A stretch of 64,000 bases of DNA from Gammaproteobacteria bacterium (GTDB lineage Bacteria > Pseudomonadota > Gammaproteobacteria > CAJXQU01): the NCBI GenBank assembly GCA_965238175.1, contig CBDEGZ010000003.1:2144001-2208000 (forward strand). The letters run 5' to 3'. Made by a program: the position numbers and the translations under genes. Positions 28,313 through 40,848 of the stretch are shown here, piece by piece (position 1 is the first letter of the stretch; each line of letters starts with the position of its first letter). Below the pieces are notes generated by a model that was not told the origin of the DNA, did no database searches, and worked only from the letters and a program-made list of their open reading frames with translations.

Positions 28313-28606
28313 CTAATTTTCATTTAGGATAGACGGCTTAATCGTTATTCCAGTTGAATCCATGCCATGCTTTTTAATATAAGATACTTGAGCTGCATGA
28401 CAGTCTAAAGCTAATTTATCTCTCCTTTCCCTCTCTTCAGACGAGTATCTTACTTTTTCGTCAAACTCTATAGCTAAAGCTTTACATGAGGGGAGGGACA
28501 TTAACAGTTCCTCACTCAGGTGTACGGTACTAATAGTTGAAGGTTTCGATTTAAGAACAAGAATTGTTACCATTACGAATAAAAAAAGAACTATAACTTT
28601 TTTCAT
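28313..28606 (-). CDS. Cassette exported or membrane-anchored protein
   Basis: N-terminal hydrophobic segment. Confidence 0.72.
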   Translation of the reverse strand: MKKVIVLFLFVMVTILVLKSKPSTISTVHLSEELLMSLPSCKALAIEFDEKVRYSSEERERRDKLALDCHAAQVSYIKKHGMDSTGITIKPSILNEN

Positions 28607-28612
28607 GGATCA

Positions 28613-28685
28613 ACATAACGCCCCGCATCACCGGCAAATCGCGAGCGTAGCGAGTGATTTGTCCGTGTGCATGCGCTTGTTATGC
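28613..28685 (-). repeat. attC site
   Basis: acataac...gttatgc. Confidence 0.88.
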
Positions 28686-29501
28686 GGGCCTTTTGCATAT
28701 TAGTTGTATCGGACAAGTTCTATTCTCTTTGATGTTGCGGGCGGCATTTTTTGTTATATCTGGCGAACTCTTGCCCAAAAGAATATGAACTCCAAGAGTA
28801 GGAAGCTTATCCTGGTCTGCAAGCTCAATTGCCCGCTGATATGCGATTAAATACTTGCTACCTGTATTTTCAATTTGAATGTCTGTAAAACCGGTTTCTG
28901 TGAGAAGCCTGTTGGTTTCTTCAGGAGTAATGAGATATTCGTTACCACCATCTGCAGACCAGGGCAATGGATGGTGGGGATTTTTCATTGGACCAAGCCC
29001 ATGCTCGCTGAGGGCAAAAAAGCCGCTAGGTTTAAGTACCCTGAAAGCCTCGGAAAAGAACCGTGTTCTATCAGCGACGTTCATTGTTACATGTTGGGCG
29101 TAAGCACCGTTGAATGTCTGATCCTGGTAAGGCAAGTGGTTTCCATCACCCAGTTCTATTTTTACCTTATGCTCTAGTCCCAGTAATACTGTCAGTTTGT
29201 TTGCTACGTCGATAAAGGACTCAGTAATATCGATACCTGAAACATAACAGTCAAATCTGTTTGCAAGATAACGAGCAGGGCCACCTATCCCGCATCCAAT
29301 ATCGACTAGCTGATCACCACTATTAATAGGAAGTTGGTCGGCTAACTCGACAGTTGCAGGGTAACCACGAGCGTGAAAATGATCGACAGGAGAAAGATCA
29401 TCAATCGATAGCGTTTCTAAAGACTTTCCACTTTCGACCAAAGCAGAAATGATCTTTTCGTAAAGATCATCTTTCCCCCAATGGTCTGATAATGATTTCA
29501 T
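28680..29501 (-). CDS. SAM-dependent methyltransferase (sarcosine/dimethylglycine N-methyltransferase-like, cassette)
   Basis: DHFHARG, LVDIGCGIGGPAR and RVLKPSG. Confidence 0.88.
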   Translation of the reverse strand: MKSLSDHWGKDDLYEKIISALVESGKSLETLSIDDLSPVDHFHARGYPATVELADQLPINSGDQLVDIGCGIGGPARYLANRFDCYVSGIDITESFIDVANKLTVLLGLEHKVKIELGDGNHLPYQDQTFNGAYAQHVTMNVADRTRFFSEAFRVLKPSGFFALSEHGLGPMKNPHHPLPWSADGGNEYLITPEETNRLLTETGFTDIQIENTGSKYLIAYQRAIELADQDKLPTLGVHILLGKSSPDITKNAARNIKENRTCPIQLICKRPA

Positions 29502-29536
29502 TTTTCCTTTATGTCTACTCGGAGATTAGATGGACC

Positions 29537-29623
29537 GCATAACGTTAAAGCCCAGTTGGCGCCAAAAGCATAGCGACGATAGGAGCGACGCTTTTGTGCG
29601 TCAACTGGGGCGCCTTGTTAGGG
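29537..29623 (-). repeat. attC site
   Basis: gcataac...gttaggg. Confidence 0.85.
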
Positions 29624-30106
29624 CTGTACATGTTCGATGCTATCTACAAGTGATTTTGCAATTTCAAAATCACTTTCTGAATCAAAATATATTGAAAGTT
29701 GCACATGCGCGTTCTCAGATAGAACATAACTATTATATGAATATGAGGTTTCCCCGTTATTTTTTTCATTGAGTCTATAAGCATGAACATATGATGTACC
29801 TTTCTCATATGAAGTGACTTCAAATGCTTCTGGTGAAGATTCTGAAATAATCCACTTCAATCGTTCTTTGATTGTTTCATTATTATCATTGTTCCAGATA
29901 TTCACCCATATAGTTAAACCTGGCCGCCAAATAACCAAAGAACCTTCTTCTATTCTTCGATTATAAGGCTGTTCAAGATTAATGCTCCATTCAGATGTCA
30001 TCTGATATTTATTTTCGATTACAGGAAAATCTGGATGCAACATTTTTTCTCCTCCTATGGCATTAATGCTTATGAACACTAGTATTAGTATTATGATATT
30101 TTTCAT
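29618..30106 (-). CDS. Cassette exported hypothetical protein
   Basis: Signal peptide MKNIIILIL. Confidence 0.75.
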   Translation of the reverse strand: MKNIIILILVFISINAIGGEKMLHPDFPVIENKYQMTSEWSINLEQPYNRRIEEGSLVIWRPGLTIWVNIWNNDNNETIKERLKWIISESSPEAFEVTSYEKGTSYVHAYRLNEKNNGETSYSYNSYVLSENAHVQLSIYFDSESDFEIAKSLVDSIEHVQP

Positions 30107-30114
30107 TTTGGTAG

Positions 30115-30186
30115 CCCTAACGCCTTGCTCAGCGGAAAAATGCGAGCTCGAGCGAGTAGTTTTTCCGATGCAGCAACTTGTTACAC
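30115..30186 (-). repeat. attC site
   Basis: ccctaac...gttacac. Confidence 0.88.
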
Positions 30187-30198
30187 GTTTTAACCACT

Positions 30199-30723
30199 TC
30201 AATACTTATTGAGCAATTCAACTGTGTCGGCTTTTTCTCCAGTGACCGCATAATCTTTTGCTGTTTTATTAAATTTATTTCGATGCTTAGGATTGGCACC
30301 ATTTTTTAGGAGAATTTCCATGACCTCATAACCTTCAGCTTCGGTTGAATGAATTAATAATGGAGTATTGCCATTATTGTCTTCTAGTTCAATATTTGCT
30401 CCAAGCTGGATAAACAACTCAGCAATTTCTGGATAACTTGCGATATGTAGAGGTGCAATGCCTTCATCGTTTTGTACATTTATATCTAAACCAGAGCTTA
30501 CTAAGAAATTTATTATTTCAGCATTTTCTTCGGTTGCGGCTAAATGAAGAGCACTAAAACCGTATTTGTCTTTGGATGTGATAATACTTGAGTCTTTTGA
30601 TACTAGTTCTTTTAGTGTTTTGATATCGCCATATTGGGCGGCTTTAAAAAAAATGTCCATTTGAGATCCCGCTAAGCTTATGGAGCTGAATAGTATAATT
30701 GTTAATGTAAGTATTAATTTCAT
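30199..30723 (-). CDS. Exported ankyrin-repeat protein (first cassette)
   Basis: GFSALHLAA, GIAPLHIAS and GNTPLL repeats; signal peptide. Confidence 0.9.
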   Translation of the reverse strand: MKLILTLTIILFSSISLAGSQMDIFFKAAQYGDIKTLKELVSKDSSIITSKDKYGFSALHLAATEENAEIINFLVSSGLDINVQNDEGIAPLHIASYPEIAELFIQLGANIELEDNNGNTPLLIHSTEAEGYEVMEILLKNGANPKHRNKFNKTAKDYAVTGEKADTVELLNKY

Positions 30724-30727
30724 TTTC

Positions 30728-30790
30728 GTGTAAAGTCTGTTATACGGGAATATTTCCCGCATAACATTATTATAAGGAATATTTCCCTAT
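30728..30790 (-). other. attI region
   Basis: Minus strand GTATAACAGACT|TTACACG, where TTACACG is complementary to the first cassette's CGTGTAAC; GGAATATTTCCC direct repeats. Confidence 0.65.
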
Positions 30791-30952
30791 TAATAGGGTT
30801 TATAAATTTCACAAAATCATAACCTTTTGATTTATAATATCTTTTAAATTTTCCTTTATTTTCTTTCCGAAAACAAGGGAACGATTCCTGGATAATGGAA
30901 TTTATTTTATCTAGTATCTTAAAGAGATTTTATAACAGAAAAGGACTTTGCT

Positions 30953-31925
30953 ATGTATCAATCACCATTTTTAATGAATATCCATAATTTTATGTTGGCT
31001 CGTCGTTACAGCAAACGAACGATCAAAACGTACATCGTATGGATAAAACGCTATATTAATTTTTCTAATACAACAGCACCCTAGAGATTTAAGTGCTTTG
31101 GATGTTGAACGGTTTTTAACGCATCTTGCTGTAGATAGAAACGTCGCAGCAGCTACCCAATCCATCGCTTTAAATTCGATTGCTTTTTTGTATAACACTT
31201 ATCTGGATATGCCAATTGATAACTTTGCTGAATTTAGACGAGCGAAACGCCAAGCTAAATTACCAACTGTATTAACACAAGAAGAAGTTGCGTTGTTATT
31301 GTCTAATCTTGATGCTAAATACAAATTAATTGTTGGATTATTATATGGTTCTGGTTTGCGGCGTATAGAATTAGTTCGACTTCGGGTGGATGATTTCGAT
31401 ATCGAATTTAAACAGTTAAGAATTTGGAATGGAAAGGGATTTAAACACAGATTAACAACCCTGGCGCCTGAGTTAATACCTGCGATTAAGCGACAAATTC
31501 AAAAGGTAGAACACTATCTGGCTGAAGATATAGAAAACCAGGAATTTGCAGGGGTGTGGTTACCTGATGCACTTGAGCGAAAGTATAAAAATGCGAACAA
31601 ATCTTTAGGATGGCAGTACCTATTTCCTTCTCATAAATTAAGTATTGACCCTCAAAACAACCAAGTTCGGCGACATCATATTGATGAAAGTGGTATTAAC
31701 AAGGCGATTAAACAGGCTGCCTTAAGGGCCGGCATTAGAAAGCCTGTCAGCTCTCACACGATGAGGCATTCTTTTGCTACGCATCTTTTACAAAATGGTG
31801 CAGATATACGAACTGTTCAACAACAGCTTGGACATAGTGACGTGAAAACTACAGAAATTTATACGCACGTTTTGAAACAAGGGGCTAACGGCGTGAAAAG
31901 CCCATTAAGTCAGTTGTTTAGTTAA
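30953..31925 (+). pseudogene. intI: Integron integrase, +1 frameshift near 31071
   Basis: MYQSPFL...RRYSKRTIKTY...INFSN, extra C, then KQHPRDLSALDVERFLTHLA; IntI-specific VWLPDALERKY...WQYLFPS; HTMRHSFATH; LGHSDVKTTEIY. Confidence 0.92.
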
Positions 31926-32036
31926 GGTAAGCGAGCATTGTTGACAGAATTCCTGAAAAAACTATCTGCTCGAACTCTTTTACTTTTCACGAGATGCATG
32001 TGTTTTTGTTCTTTAACTTTAGTAATTAAAAACACC

Positions 32037-32558
32037 TCACTCCTTCAACCTTGGGATCAACTCAGCCAAATTACATGGCCGAGTTCTATAATCCAACTGA
32101 TGCTGAATGATTTTATCCCAAGCAGTAGCACAAGCATTTGATGAGCCCGGCAGCACAAAAACATAAGTGCCATTTGCAACACCCGCAAGTGCTCTGGATT
32201 GTAGTGAAGACGTTCCAATATCTTCTACTGAGATCTGTCTAAACATTTCACCAAAACCATCTAGCTGTTTATCAAAAAGTACACTGATCGCTTCTGGTGA
32301 TCCATCTCTTCCAGTTACGCCTGTCCCGCCAGTTGTGAGAACAACATTGACATTTTGATCAGCGATCCAGCAGGCGACAGCAGCACGGATTTGATAGACA
32401 TCATCAGGAACGACAATTTTATCCTGACAAATATGTCCAGCTTTTTCTAAACGTTTAACCAGTAACTTTCCTGATTTATCTTCCTTTTCTGATCGTGTGT
32501 CACTGGCGGTGAGCACGCATATATTTAACGGTCTGAACTCTCTTTTTTTAGTTGCCAT
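32037..32558 (-). CDS. moaB: Molybdenum cofactor biosynthesis protein B
   Basis: VLTASD, TTGGTGVTGRD and LPGS. Confidence 0.92.
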   Translation of the reverse strand: MATKKREFRPLNICVLTASDTRSEKEDKSGKLLVKRLEKAGHICQDKIVVPDDVYQIRAAVACWIADQNVNVVLTTGGTGVTGRDGSPEAISVLFDKQLDGFGEMFRQISVEDIGTSSLQSRALAGVANGTYVFVLPGSSNACATAWDKIIQHQLDYRTRPCNLAELIPRLKE

Positions 32559-32723
32559 TATTTTTCCAATATCGCGAAAGTTATTTCGCTCCCACGCTGT
32601 GTTGAAAACATGCTCCATCGGTCATTTATAAAGCATAAACTCCCTCTTTGCGCGTGTTTTCGCCTTGCCTGAAAACTAAATATTCTTCCGTGCATATATT
32701 TCTCTTTATTTCATTAAGTTAAC

Positions 32724-34580
<1,857 letters not shown>

Positions 34581-34613
34581 TCATGGATTGGGAACGATTT
34601 GATGCCGCTAGAG

Positions 34614-34690
34614 TAGCTTCCCTACGTCGGTTTTAACCGAATCAGGTTCAAAGGGTGAATCTCAGCTCGTCTTATCGAGCACCCCTAGCT
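34614..34690 (-). ncRNA. TPP riboswitch
   Basis: GGGGTGC...CTGAGA..CACCC..GAACCTGAT..GGTTAAAACC..CGTAGGGAA upstream of thiC. Confidence 0.95.
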
Positions 34691-34746
34691 GCAAGTCGTT
34701 TTGAAGCGCTATAATAGCACGCTAATACAACACACGATAACGATAT

Positions 34747-35406
34747 ATGATGAATATAGAACAAGCTCGTTTTAATATGGTGGAACAACAGATCCGCCCA
34801 TGGGATGTTGTTGATCAAAAGGTACTCGACTTGATCACAAATACACCACGTGAGAAATTTGTTTCCGATCAATACCAACACCTGGCTTTTTCTGACACCA
34901 ACATTCCATTGGGTCATGATCAAATTATGATGACACCAAAATTTGAAGCCAGAATGCTACAAGCTTTAGAGATCCAGACTGATGAAGAGATCCTTGAAAT
35001 CGGCACTGGCAGCGGCTATGTAACAGCATTGTTAGCACAACTAGGTAAGCATGTTACAAGCGAAGAAATTTTTGCAGATTTTTCTAACAAAGCGGCAGAA
35101 CGAATATCGGCGATAAACCTAACCAATAATGTAACCTTGAACGTCACAGATTCTACCAAGAAACGTAAATTTTATAATCGCTATGATGTGATTGTAGTAA
35201 CAGGCTCAATGCCAGAATATGATCCCATTTTTCAAGAACAATTATCCATCGGTGGACGCTTATTTATCATCGTTGGAGAATCCCCTGTAATGGAAGCACT
35301 TTTAATAGAACGACTTTCAGAACGAGAATGGCAAAAGCAGATCTTATTAGAAACAAATTTACCAGCCTTGTTGGGACTATCTACTCCTAGTAAATTCGTT
35401 CTCTAA
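34747..35406 (+). CDS. pcm: Protein-L-isoaspartate O-methyltransferase
   Basis: ARFNMVEQQIRPW and LEIGTGSGY. Confidence 0.9.
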   Translation: MMNIEQARFNMVEQQIRPWDVVDQKVLDLITNTPREKFVSDQYQHLAFSDTNIPLGHDQIMMTPKFEARMLQALEIQTDEEILEIGTGSGYVTALLAQLGKHVTSEEIFADFSNKAAERISAINLTNNVTLNVTDSTKKRKFYNRYDVIVVTGSMPEYDPIFQEQLSIGGRLFIIVGESPVMEALLIERLSEREWQKQILLETNLPALLGLSTPSKFVL

Positions 35407-35425
35407 CGCACTTTAACATATACTG

Positions 35426-35746
35426 ATGGACTCCATAACGGTTACCCAACTTTCCAATCTAATCAAAGATCCAGAAGCAGAAATCATCATTGTCGATGTG
35501 CGCGAAGAATCGGAGCTTGAAATTTGTAAAATTGAACCCAGCTTACATATTCCCATGGGCAATATCCCAAACTCGCTCGATCAATTAGAATTTAATTTGC
35601 CGATTATCGTTTATTGTCATCATGGTCTTCGCAGCTTGCAGGTCGCTCATTTTTTAGACAATCAGGGATTTATCCATGTTTTGAATTTGGAGGGTGGCAT
35701 CAATGCATGGGCTCAGAATGTTGACCCTACGATGGCAAAGTATTAA
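35426..35746 (+). CDS. Rhodanese-like sulfurtransferase
   Basis: VDVRE, YCHHGLRS and LEGGINAW. Confidence 0.92.
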   Translation: MDSITVTQLSNLIKDPEAEIIIVDVREESELEICKIEPSLHIPMGNIPNSLDQLEFNLPIIVYCHHGLRSLQVAHFLDNQGFIHVLNLEGGINAWAQNVDPTMAKY

Positions 35747-35972
35747 ATGAGAAAATTTTTAACACTAACAACAAGACTTCTTACCGTTTTATTTTTCTCT
35801 CCCGTTTTTGCACAACCTCAAAACGAAAACTTGCTCTAAAAAATGATCTCAAAATCAGAGCGCAACAAGCGTCACTTGAAACAGAACTCAAAACCCGTTT
35901 TCAAGCAAAGGTATACTAGAAGACATAGAACAAATAAACTCGCTTTTATCAGCTAAACAAATTTCAAAATGA
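35747..35972 (+). pseudogene. tolC: TolC deletion remnant (5' and 3' ends fused)
   Basis: Signal peptide + ENLL, then LALKNDLKIRAQQA, then EDIEQINSLL; pcm-rhodanese-tolC gene order. Confidence 0.65.
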
Positions 35973-36553
35973 CCCACTCTACAAACAATACCTCAAACAA
36001 TGTCTTATGCGATGTAAATAACAGCGTATTAGTCATCATTGATATTCAAACAAGATTAGGTAGCGCAATGCCGGCGAAGGTATTAAATCGCGTGATTGAG
36101 AATAGTGCTTTTTTGATCAAATCTGCTAATTTTCTCGGCGTACCCGTTATTGCAACAGCTCAATATCCAAAAGGTCTAGGCGGGATTGTTGAAGAAATTA
36201 ATGACAATCTTTCTGACTCGTCTCATTACGTTGAGAAAACGTGTTTTTCTTGCTGTGGTTCAGATAAATTCATGCAGACATTGAAAGAAAGTGGGCGTCG
36301 ACAAGTTATTCTAACGGGAATGGAGACACATGTTTGTGTTCTACAAACAGCCATAGAATTACAAGAAAATAGTTACGATGTTTTTACTGTCAGTGATGCA
36401 ATCTGTTCACGACGATCAGATAACTATCACAATGCAATTGAACGGCTGAGTTTATTAAATATTCAACAGACCAACTCAGAATCGGTTGCTTTTGAGTGGC
36501 TACGCGATGCTAAAAACCAACACTTTAAAAAAATCTCAAGTTGGTTAAGGTAA
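35969..36553 (+). CDS. Isochorismatase-family hydrolase
   Basis: IIDIQ, QYPKGLG and GMETHVCVLQT. Confidence 0.9.
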   Translation: MTHSTNNTSNNVLCDVNNSVLVIIDIQTRLGSAMPAKVLNRVIENSAFLIKSANFLGVPVIATAQYPKGLGGIVEEINDNLSDSSHYVEKTCFSCCGSDKFMQTLKESGRRQVILTGMETHVCVLQTAIELQENSYDVFTVSDAICSRRSDNYHNAIERLSLLNIQQTNSESVAFEWLRDAKNQHFKKISSWLR

Positions 36554-36574
36554 ACTCGAAATTTATCCCCTTAT

Positions 36575-37042
36575 CTACCGTATTAAAGAAGAAAGAATTT
36601 CCTGCACCGATAGCTCACCACTTTTTGAAAATGGAATCTGTCCAACCGACGTTTCCACACCACCACTAAAATTATAATTAGCCTGTCGTTTAGTAAATAC
36701 GCTTTTTGCAGCTTCGATCAATGCATTTTGATCTAATTGCACTGGAACAGTAACTGTTTGCGTTGTATTCGCAGTCAAACTTTTATCACTACTCACATCA
36801 AGACTACCAATAGCTAACTTATTCAAACTCATATTTCCACTCAAACCTGTCAGCGGCAAAGTAAAGGGATTAGGGTTAAATAAGTCGACCTCAAAGACCA
36901 CCTTCTTATCCTGTGCTGAAAACGATTTAAGTCGAATATTTTTCACCTGTGGCGGCTCAATAAACTGTTGAATCATTTCCGAACCACAACCCAATAAACT
37001 CATTGAAAATAATACAATTACAAATATTTTTTTCATCCTCAC
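36575..37042 (-). CDS. LEA type 2 (WHy) lipoprotein
   Basis: Lipobox LLGC and NPNPF motif. Confidence 0.85.
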   Translation of the reverse strand: MRMKKIFVIVLFSMSLLGCGSEMIQQFIEPPQVKNIRLKSFSAQDKKVVFEVDLFNPNPFTLPLTGLSGNMSLNKLAIGSLDVSSDKSLTANTTQTVTVPVQLDQNALIEAAKSVFTKRQANYNFSGGVETSVGQIPFSKSGELSVQEILSSLIR

Positions 37043-37119
37043 CTCTCCTTAATTACGGATATTTTAAATGTTTTTCATTAATAAAGTATGAATCCAAGAC
37101 CTTAAATTTTTTGTAACGA

Positions 37120-38424
37120 TTAACTATCTTTTATCTCTAATAGCTCTTTGATTAAATCCATATGCTTTTGTGTTGAACCCTGGTTTCTTTCCACAAGATC
37201 TTTCGCACGTTTTCCTATCGCAAATCGTTCCTGCTCATTTTGTAAATATGATACTATTTTTTCAGTGAGTTCATCCGTATTATTTATACAAACTACTGCA
37301 TTCTCATCAACAAAGGTTTGAAATATTTTTTCTATTTTAAATGTATGTGGTCCCATAATGACGGGAACGCCTAGACTCACAGGCTCAAGTAAATTATGGC
37401 CACCAATTTCTGCAAGGCTACCACCGACAAATGCAACATCTGCCGCGCCATAGCACAACAGTAAATCACCCATCGTATCAGCCAGGTAAACCTGGTTATT
37501 AGCTTGTTGTTGTTCATTATTTTTCTCAAGGCTACGCCGACCAGTTTTAAACTTCGATTTTTCACATAGCGCATATACGTGATCAAACCGCTCTGGATGC
37601 CGTGGTACTAGGATGAGTAAACAGTCTGGGATTTTTTTAATGATTTGTTTGTGTGCCACAAGTACTTTTTCTTCTTCACCTTCGTGTGTACTGGCAGCAA
37701 TCCAGACAGGTCTTTTTGATCCAAAATTTTCTCGCAATTCAAAAGATCTTTTTTCTATATCCACAGGTAGTTTTTGATCAAACTTTAGACTACCAGAAAC
37801 AACTACATTATCTGTTTTAGCTCCCAAAGAAATGATCCGTTTCGCATCTTGATCTGTTTGAGCTGCAACTGCATTCAATTTCGAGAAAGTAGGCTTTGAT
37901 AGTGATGAAAGTCGTTGATAGCCTTTTGCTGATCGTTCTGACATTCTGGCATTTGCTATCATTATTGAAATATTTTTTTGATCACAAACATGGATAAAAT
38001 TTGGCCAAACTTCTGTTTCCATAATGATTATTAAATCTGGATTTGCTTTTCTTATAAAACGACTTATTAAAATAGTTAAATCATAAGGAATATAAAAATG
38101 TTTTATCCGTTTATCAAACTGAACTGGATAACGTCGTGCAACTGTCTCTGCTCCTGTTGGCGTAGTAGTAGTCATTATGATTTGAAGATCAGAATATTCT
38201 GTAAACAACTTTTTAACCAAAGGAGCCGTTGCTTCAACTTCTCCAACAGAAACCGCATGGATCCAGATTACTTTTTGAGAATTATTATTTTTTATTTCAG
38301 GAATAATAGCCAACCGCTCTTTCCAGCGCTGACGATACATTGGATTTAGACGACCCTTAAAATACAACCGTCCAAAAATAACAGGAAGTGCAAGGAAGAG
38401 CAGAAATGAATAAAGTCTGCGCAT
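37120..38424 (-). CDS. waaA: Kdo transferase
   Basis: WIHAVSVGE, AASTHEGEE, VPRHPERF and GGHNLLEP. Confidence 0.96.
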   Translation of the reverse strand: MRRLYSFLLFLALPVIFGRLYFKGRLNPMYRQRWKERLAIIPEIKNNNSQKVIWIHAVSVGEVEATAPLVKKLFTEYSDLQIIMTTTTPTGAETVARRYPVQFDKRIKHFYIPYDLTILISRFIRKANPDLIIIMETEVWPNFIHVCDQKNISIMIANARMSERSAKGYQRLSSLSKPTFSKLNAVAAQTDQDAKRIISLGAKTDNVVVSGSLKFDQKLPVDIEKRSFELRENFGSKRPVWIAASTHEGEEEKVLVAHKQIIKKIPDCLLILVPRHPERFDHVYALCEKSKFKTGRRSLEKNNEQQQANNQVYLADTMGDLLLCYGAADVAFVGGSLAEIGGHNLLEPVSLGVPVIMGPHTFKIEKIFQTFVDENAVVCINNTDELTEKIVSYLQNEQERFAIGKRAKDLVERNQGSTQKHMDLIKELLEIKDS

Positions 38425-38433
38425 ATTAGAAGA

Positions 38434-39369
38434 TCAACTATTGATCAAATCGAGATACGCTTTTGTACCTTCTTCTACAGTTTTAAATTCAGAAGCATAT
38501 CCAACTGAACGAAGATCAGAAATATCTGCTTGAGTAAAACTTTGATAACGACCGACTAAATGTTCAGGGAATGGAATATATTCTAATTCACCTTTGCCAT
38601 GCCATGCTAAAACAGCATTAGCAACATCATTAAAAGTTTGGGCACGACCCGATCCCAAATTAAAAATACCACTTACATTTGAATTTTCCATTAGCCACTG
38701 GTTCACATCGACAACATCTCCAACATAAACAAAATCACGTTGTTGTTCACCATCAGCATAACCATCGCAACCTTCAAATAATTTTATTTTCCCAGTTTCT
38801 TTTATCTGATTATTCAAGTGCCATGCAACACTCGCCATACTACCTTTGTGTTGTTCGCGCGGCCCATAAACATTAAAGTATCTCAAACCGACAACCTGGC
38901 TATTTATTTTATGTTCATTCTGACGCACATATTGATCAAATAATAATTTTGAGTATCCATAAACATTTAGTGGTGCTTCATTCTCAGGTGTTTCCTTGAA
39001 GGTTTCATTGCCACCATAAACGGCAGCACTTGATGCATAAACGAAAGGGATCAATTTACCAACACAATATTCGAAAATATTTTTCGTGTAGGTGAAATTA
39101 TTTTCCATCATAAATTTCCCATCCCACTCTGTGGTGGTGGAACAAGCACCTTGATGAAAAATAATATCAATACGACCACTTAATTGATCTAACTTTTTAG
39201 TAAACTCGTCTTTATCAAAATAATCCATAATCGTGCAATCAGCGATGTTTTTAAATTTGGTTCCGTCGCTTAAATCATCGACAACGATAATATCTTCACG
39301 TCCCATTTCGTTAAGACGTTTTACTTGATTACTACCGATAAAACCGGCACCACCTGTAACAATAATCAT
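38434..39369 (-). CDS. hldD: ADP-L-glycero-D-manno-heptose 6-epimerase
   Basis: [22 protein letters not shown] and YFNVYGPRE. Confidence 0.96.
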   Translation of the reverse strand: MIIVTGGAGFIGSNQVKRLNEMGREDIIVVDDLSDGTKFKNIADCTIMDYFDKDEFTKKLDQLSGRIDIIFHQGACSTTTEWDGKFMMENNFTYTKNIFEYCVGKLIPFVYASSAAVYGGNETFKETPENEAPLNVYGYSKLLFDQYVRQNEHKINSQVVGLRYFNVYGPREQHKGSMASVAWHLNNQIKETGKIKLFEGCDGYADGEQQRDFVYVGDVVDVNQWLMENSNVSGIFNLGSGRAQTFNDVANAVLAWHGKGELEYIPFPEHLVGRYQSFTQADISDLRSVGYASEFKTVEEGTKAYLDLINS

Positions 39370-40805
39370 TTATCTTCACCTTGATTTTTTTGTGCAGTCT
39401 CGATCAATTTAGTGGTTGAATATCCATCAAGAAAATCTAGCACAATCACCTTCCCACCATTTTCTGAAACCTGCGTACCACCGGCAATTTCTTCTGGTTT
39501 GTAATCCCCACCTTTGACTAAAATATCTGGCAATAAATTACCAATTAATCTTTCTGGCGTATCTTCAGAAAAAGGCACCACCCAATCGACGCATGACAAA
39601 GCTTCAAGGACTTTCATTCTATCATTGAGAACATTTAATGGTCTTGTTTCACCTTTTAACTTTTGTACTGAAGCGTCATCATTCACGGCAATAATTAAAC
39701 GGTCACCCAATGCTCGTGCCTTTTCCAAGTAGTTAATATGTCCAGCGTGCAAAATATCAAAACATCCATTTGTCATGACAATGGTTTCACCACGTAGTCG
39801 TGCAGCTTCCATTTGAACGATCATTTGTTCTTCATTGACTGTACCAGTATCTTCCTTGCGCGGTTCATGCAAAGCAGTATGTAATTCTTCCAAAGTAACC
39901 GTTGCGGTTCCGAGTTTTGCCACGACTAATCCCGCGGCAGTATTCGCTAATGCAGTCGCGTGCAATAGGGTTCCACCTGCAGCTAATGCGCTTGCAAGTG
40001 TTGCAATAACTGTATCTCCTGCGCCAGTTACGTCAAAAACCTCTGCCGCACGGGCCGGAAAATGCGCTGACTCTTCAGTAGGCTGAATAAGTGTCATGCC
40101 ATGTTCTCCGCGTGTTACTAGTAAAGCATCAAGCTTAAGATCTTTACAAAGCTTATTACCCTTAGTAACTATTTCTTCCACGTTCTGACATTCACCAACA
40201 ACGGCCGTAAACTCACCAAAATTGGGTGTTATTAAGGTAGCATTTTTATATTTTTGAAAGTCACTTCCTTTTGGATCAACGATGACTTTTTTTCCAGCCT
40301 TGCTGGCTATCTCGATCAATTCTTCTACGTTAGTTAAGCAACCTTTAGCATAATCCGACAAGATAACAACATCGATTTCTTCAAGTAGCTTTCGATATTT
40401 TTTGATCAGTTTTTCATGATCATACTTGATTGAAGTAGATTCAAAATCCAGGCGGATCAATTGTTGATGCTGACTCAATACGCGAAGCTTTGTGATCGTT
40501 GGAAAATCTTTCAATTGTGAAAAGTGGCAATCTACCCCTGATTGTCCAAGCTTATGCTCCAATACATCTGACGCTTCATCTTCACCGGTCAATCCCATCA
40601 AGGAGGCATGGGCACCCAAACTTGCAATGTTTAAGGCTACATTTCCAGCACCTCCAGGACGTTCCTCGATCTTTTCAATTCTAACAACAGGCACTGGCGC
40701 TTCCGGTGAGACGCGTTGCGTTGGCCCCGACCAGTATCGATCAAGAATAATGTCTCCAACAACGAGAATGCGGCTAGATTCAAATGGGAGATATGTAGAA
40801 AGCAT
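39366..40805 (-). CDS. hldE: Bifunctional heptose kinase/adenylyltransferase
   Basis: SPEAPVP, DVTGAGD and [11 protein letters not shown]. Confidence 0.96.
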   Translation of the reverse strand: MLSTYLPFESSRILVVGDIILDRYWSGPTQRVSPEAPVPVVRIEKIEERPGGAGNVALNIASLGAHASLMGLTGEDEASDVLEHKLGQSGVDCHFSQLKDFPTITKLRVLSQHQQLIRLDFESTSIKYDHEKLIKKYRKLLEEIDVVILSDYAKGCLTNVEELIEIASKAGKKVIVDPKGSDFQKYKNATLITPNFGEFTAVVGECQNVEEIVTKGNKLCKDLKLDALLVTRGEHGMTLIQPTEESAHFPARAAEVFDVTGAGDTVIATLASALAAGGTLLHATALANTAAGLVVAKLGTATVTLEELHTALHEPRKEDTGTVNEEQMIVQMEAARLRGETIVMTNGCFDILHAGHINYLEKARALGDRLIIAVNDDASVQKLKGETRPLNVLNDRMKVLEALSCVDWVVPFSEDTPERLIGNLLPDILVKGGDYKPEEIAGGTQVSENGGKVIVLDFLDGYSTTKLIETAQKNQGEDK

Positions 40806-40848
40806 GAAACTATGGCAAAATGGAAAAGTCGAATTCTACCATATGCCT

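Larger units (their letters stand above)
13323..31925 (-). mobile_element. Chromosomal integron: intI, attI and cassette array of about 31 attC sites
   Basis: Co-oriented short ORFs, each followed by an RYYYAAC...GTTRRRY imperfect palindrome; divergent integron integrase at the head of the array. Confidence 0.96.

Noticed and set aside
13348-30186. Regularly spaced palindromic repeats as a CRISPR array
   Set aside because: Repeats vary in length and sequence, the spacers are whole genes, ends are RYYYAAC/GTTRRRY, and intI is present without cas genes. These are attC sites.
29618-30202. Track ORF starts that run through attC sites (also 13835, 16722, 20812, 26277, 30762)
   Set aside because: The extensions translate attC or attI sequence; starts were moved inside the cassettes.
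30790-30952. LexA box in the intI promoter
   Set aside because: No CTGT-N8-ACAG match was found by eye.
40492-40848. N-terminal extension of the DUF3108 ORF
   Set aside because: It overlaps hldE on the opposite strand; the signal peptide begins at about 40849.
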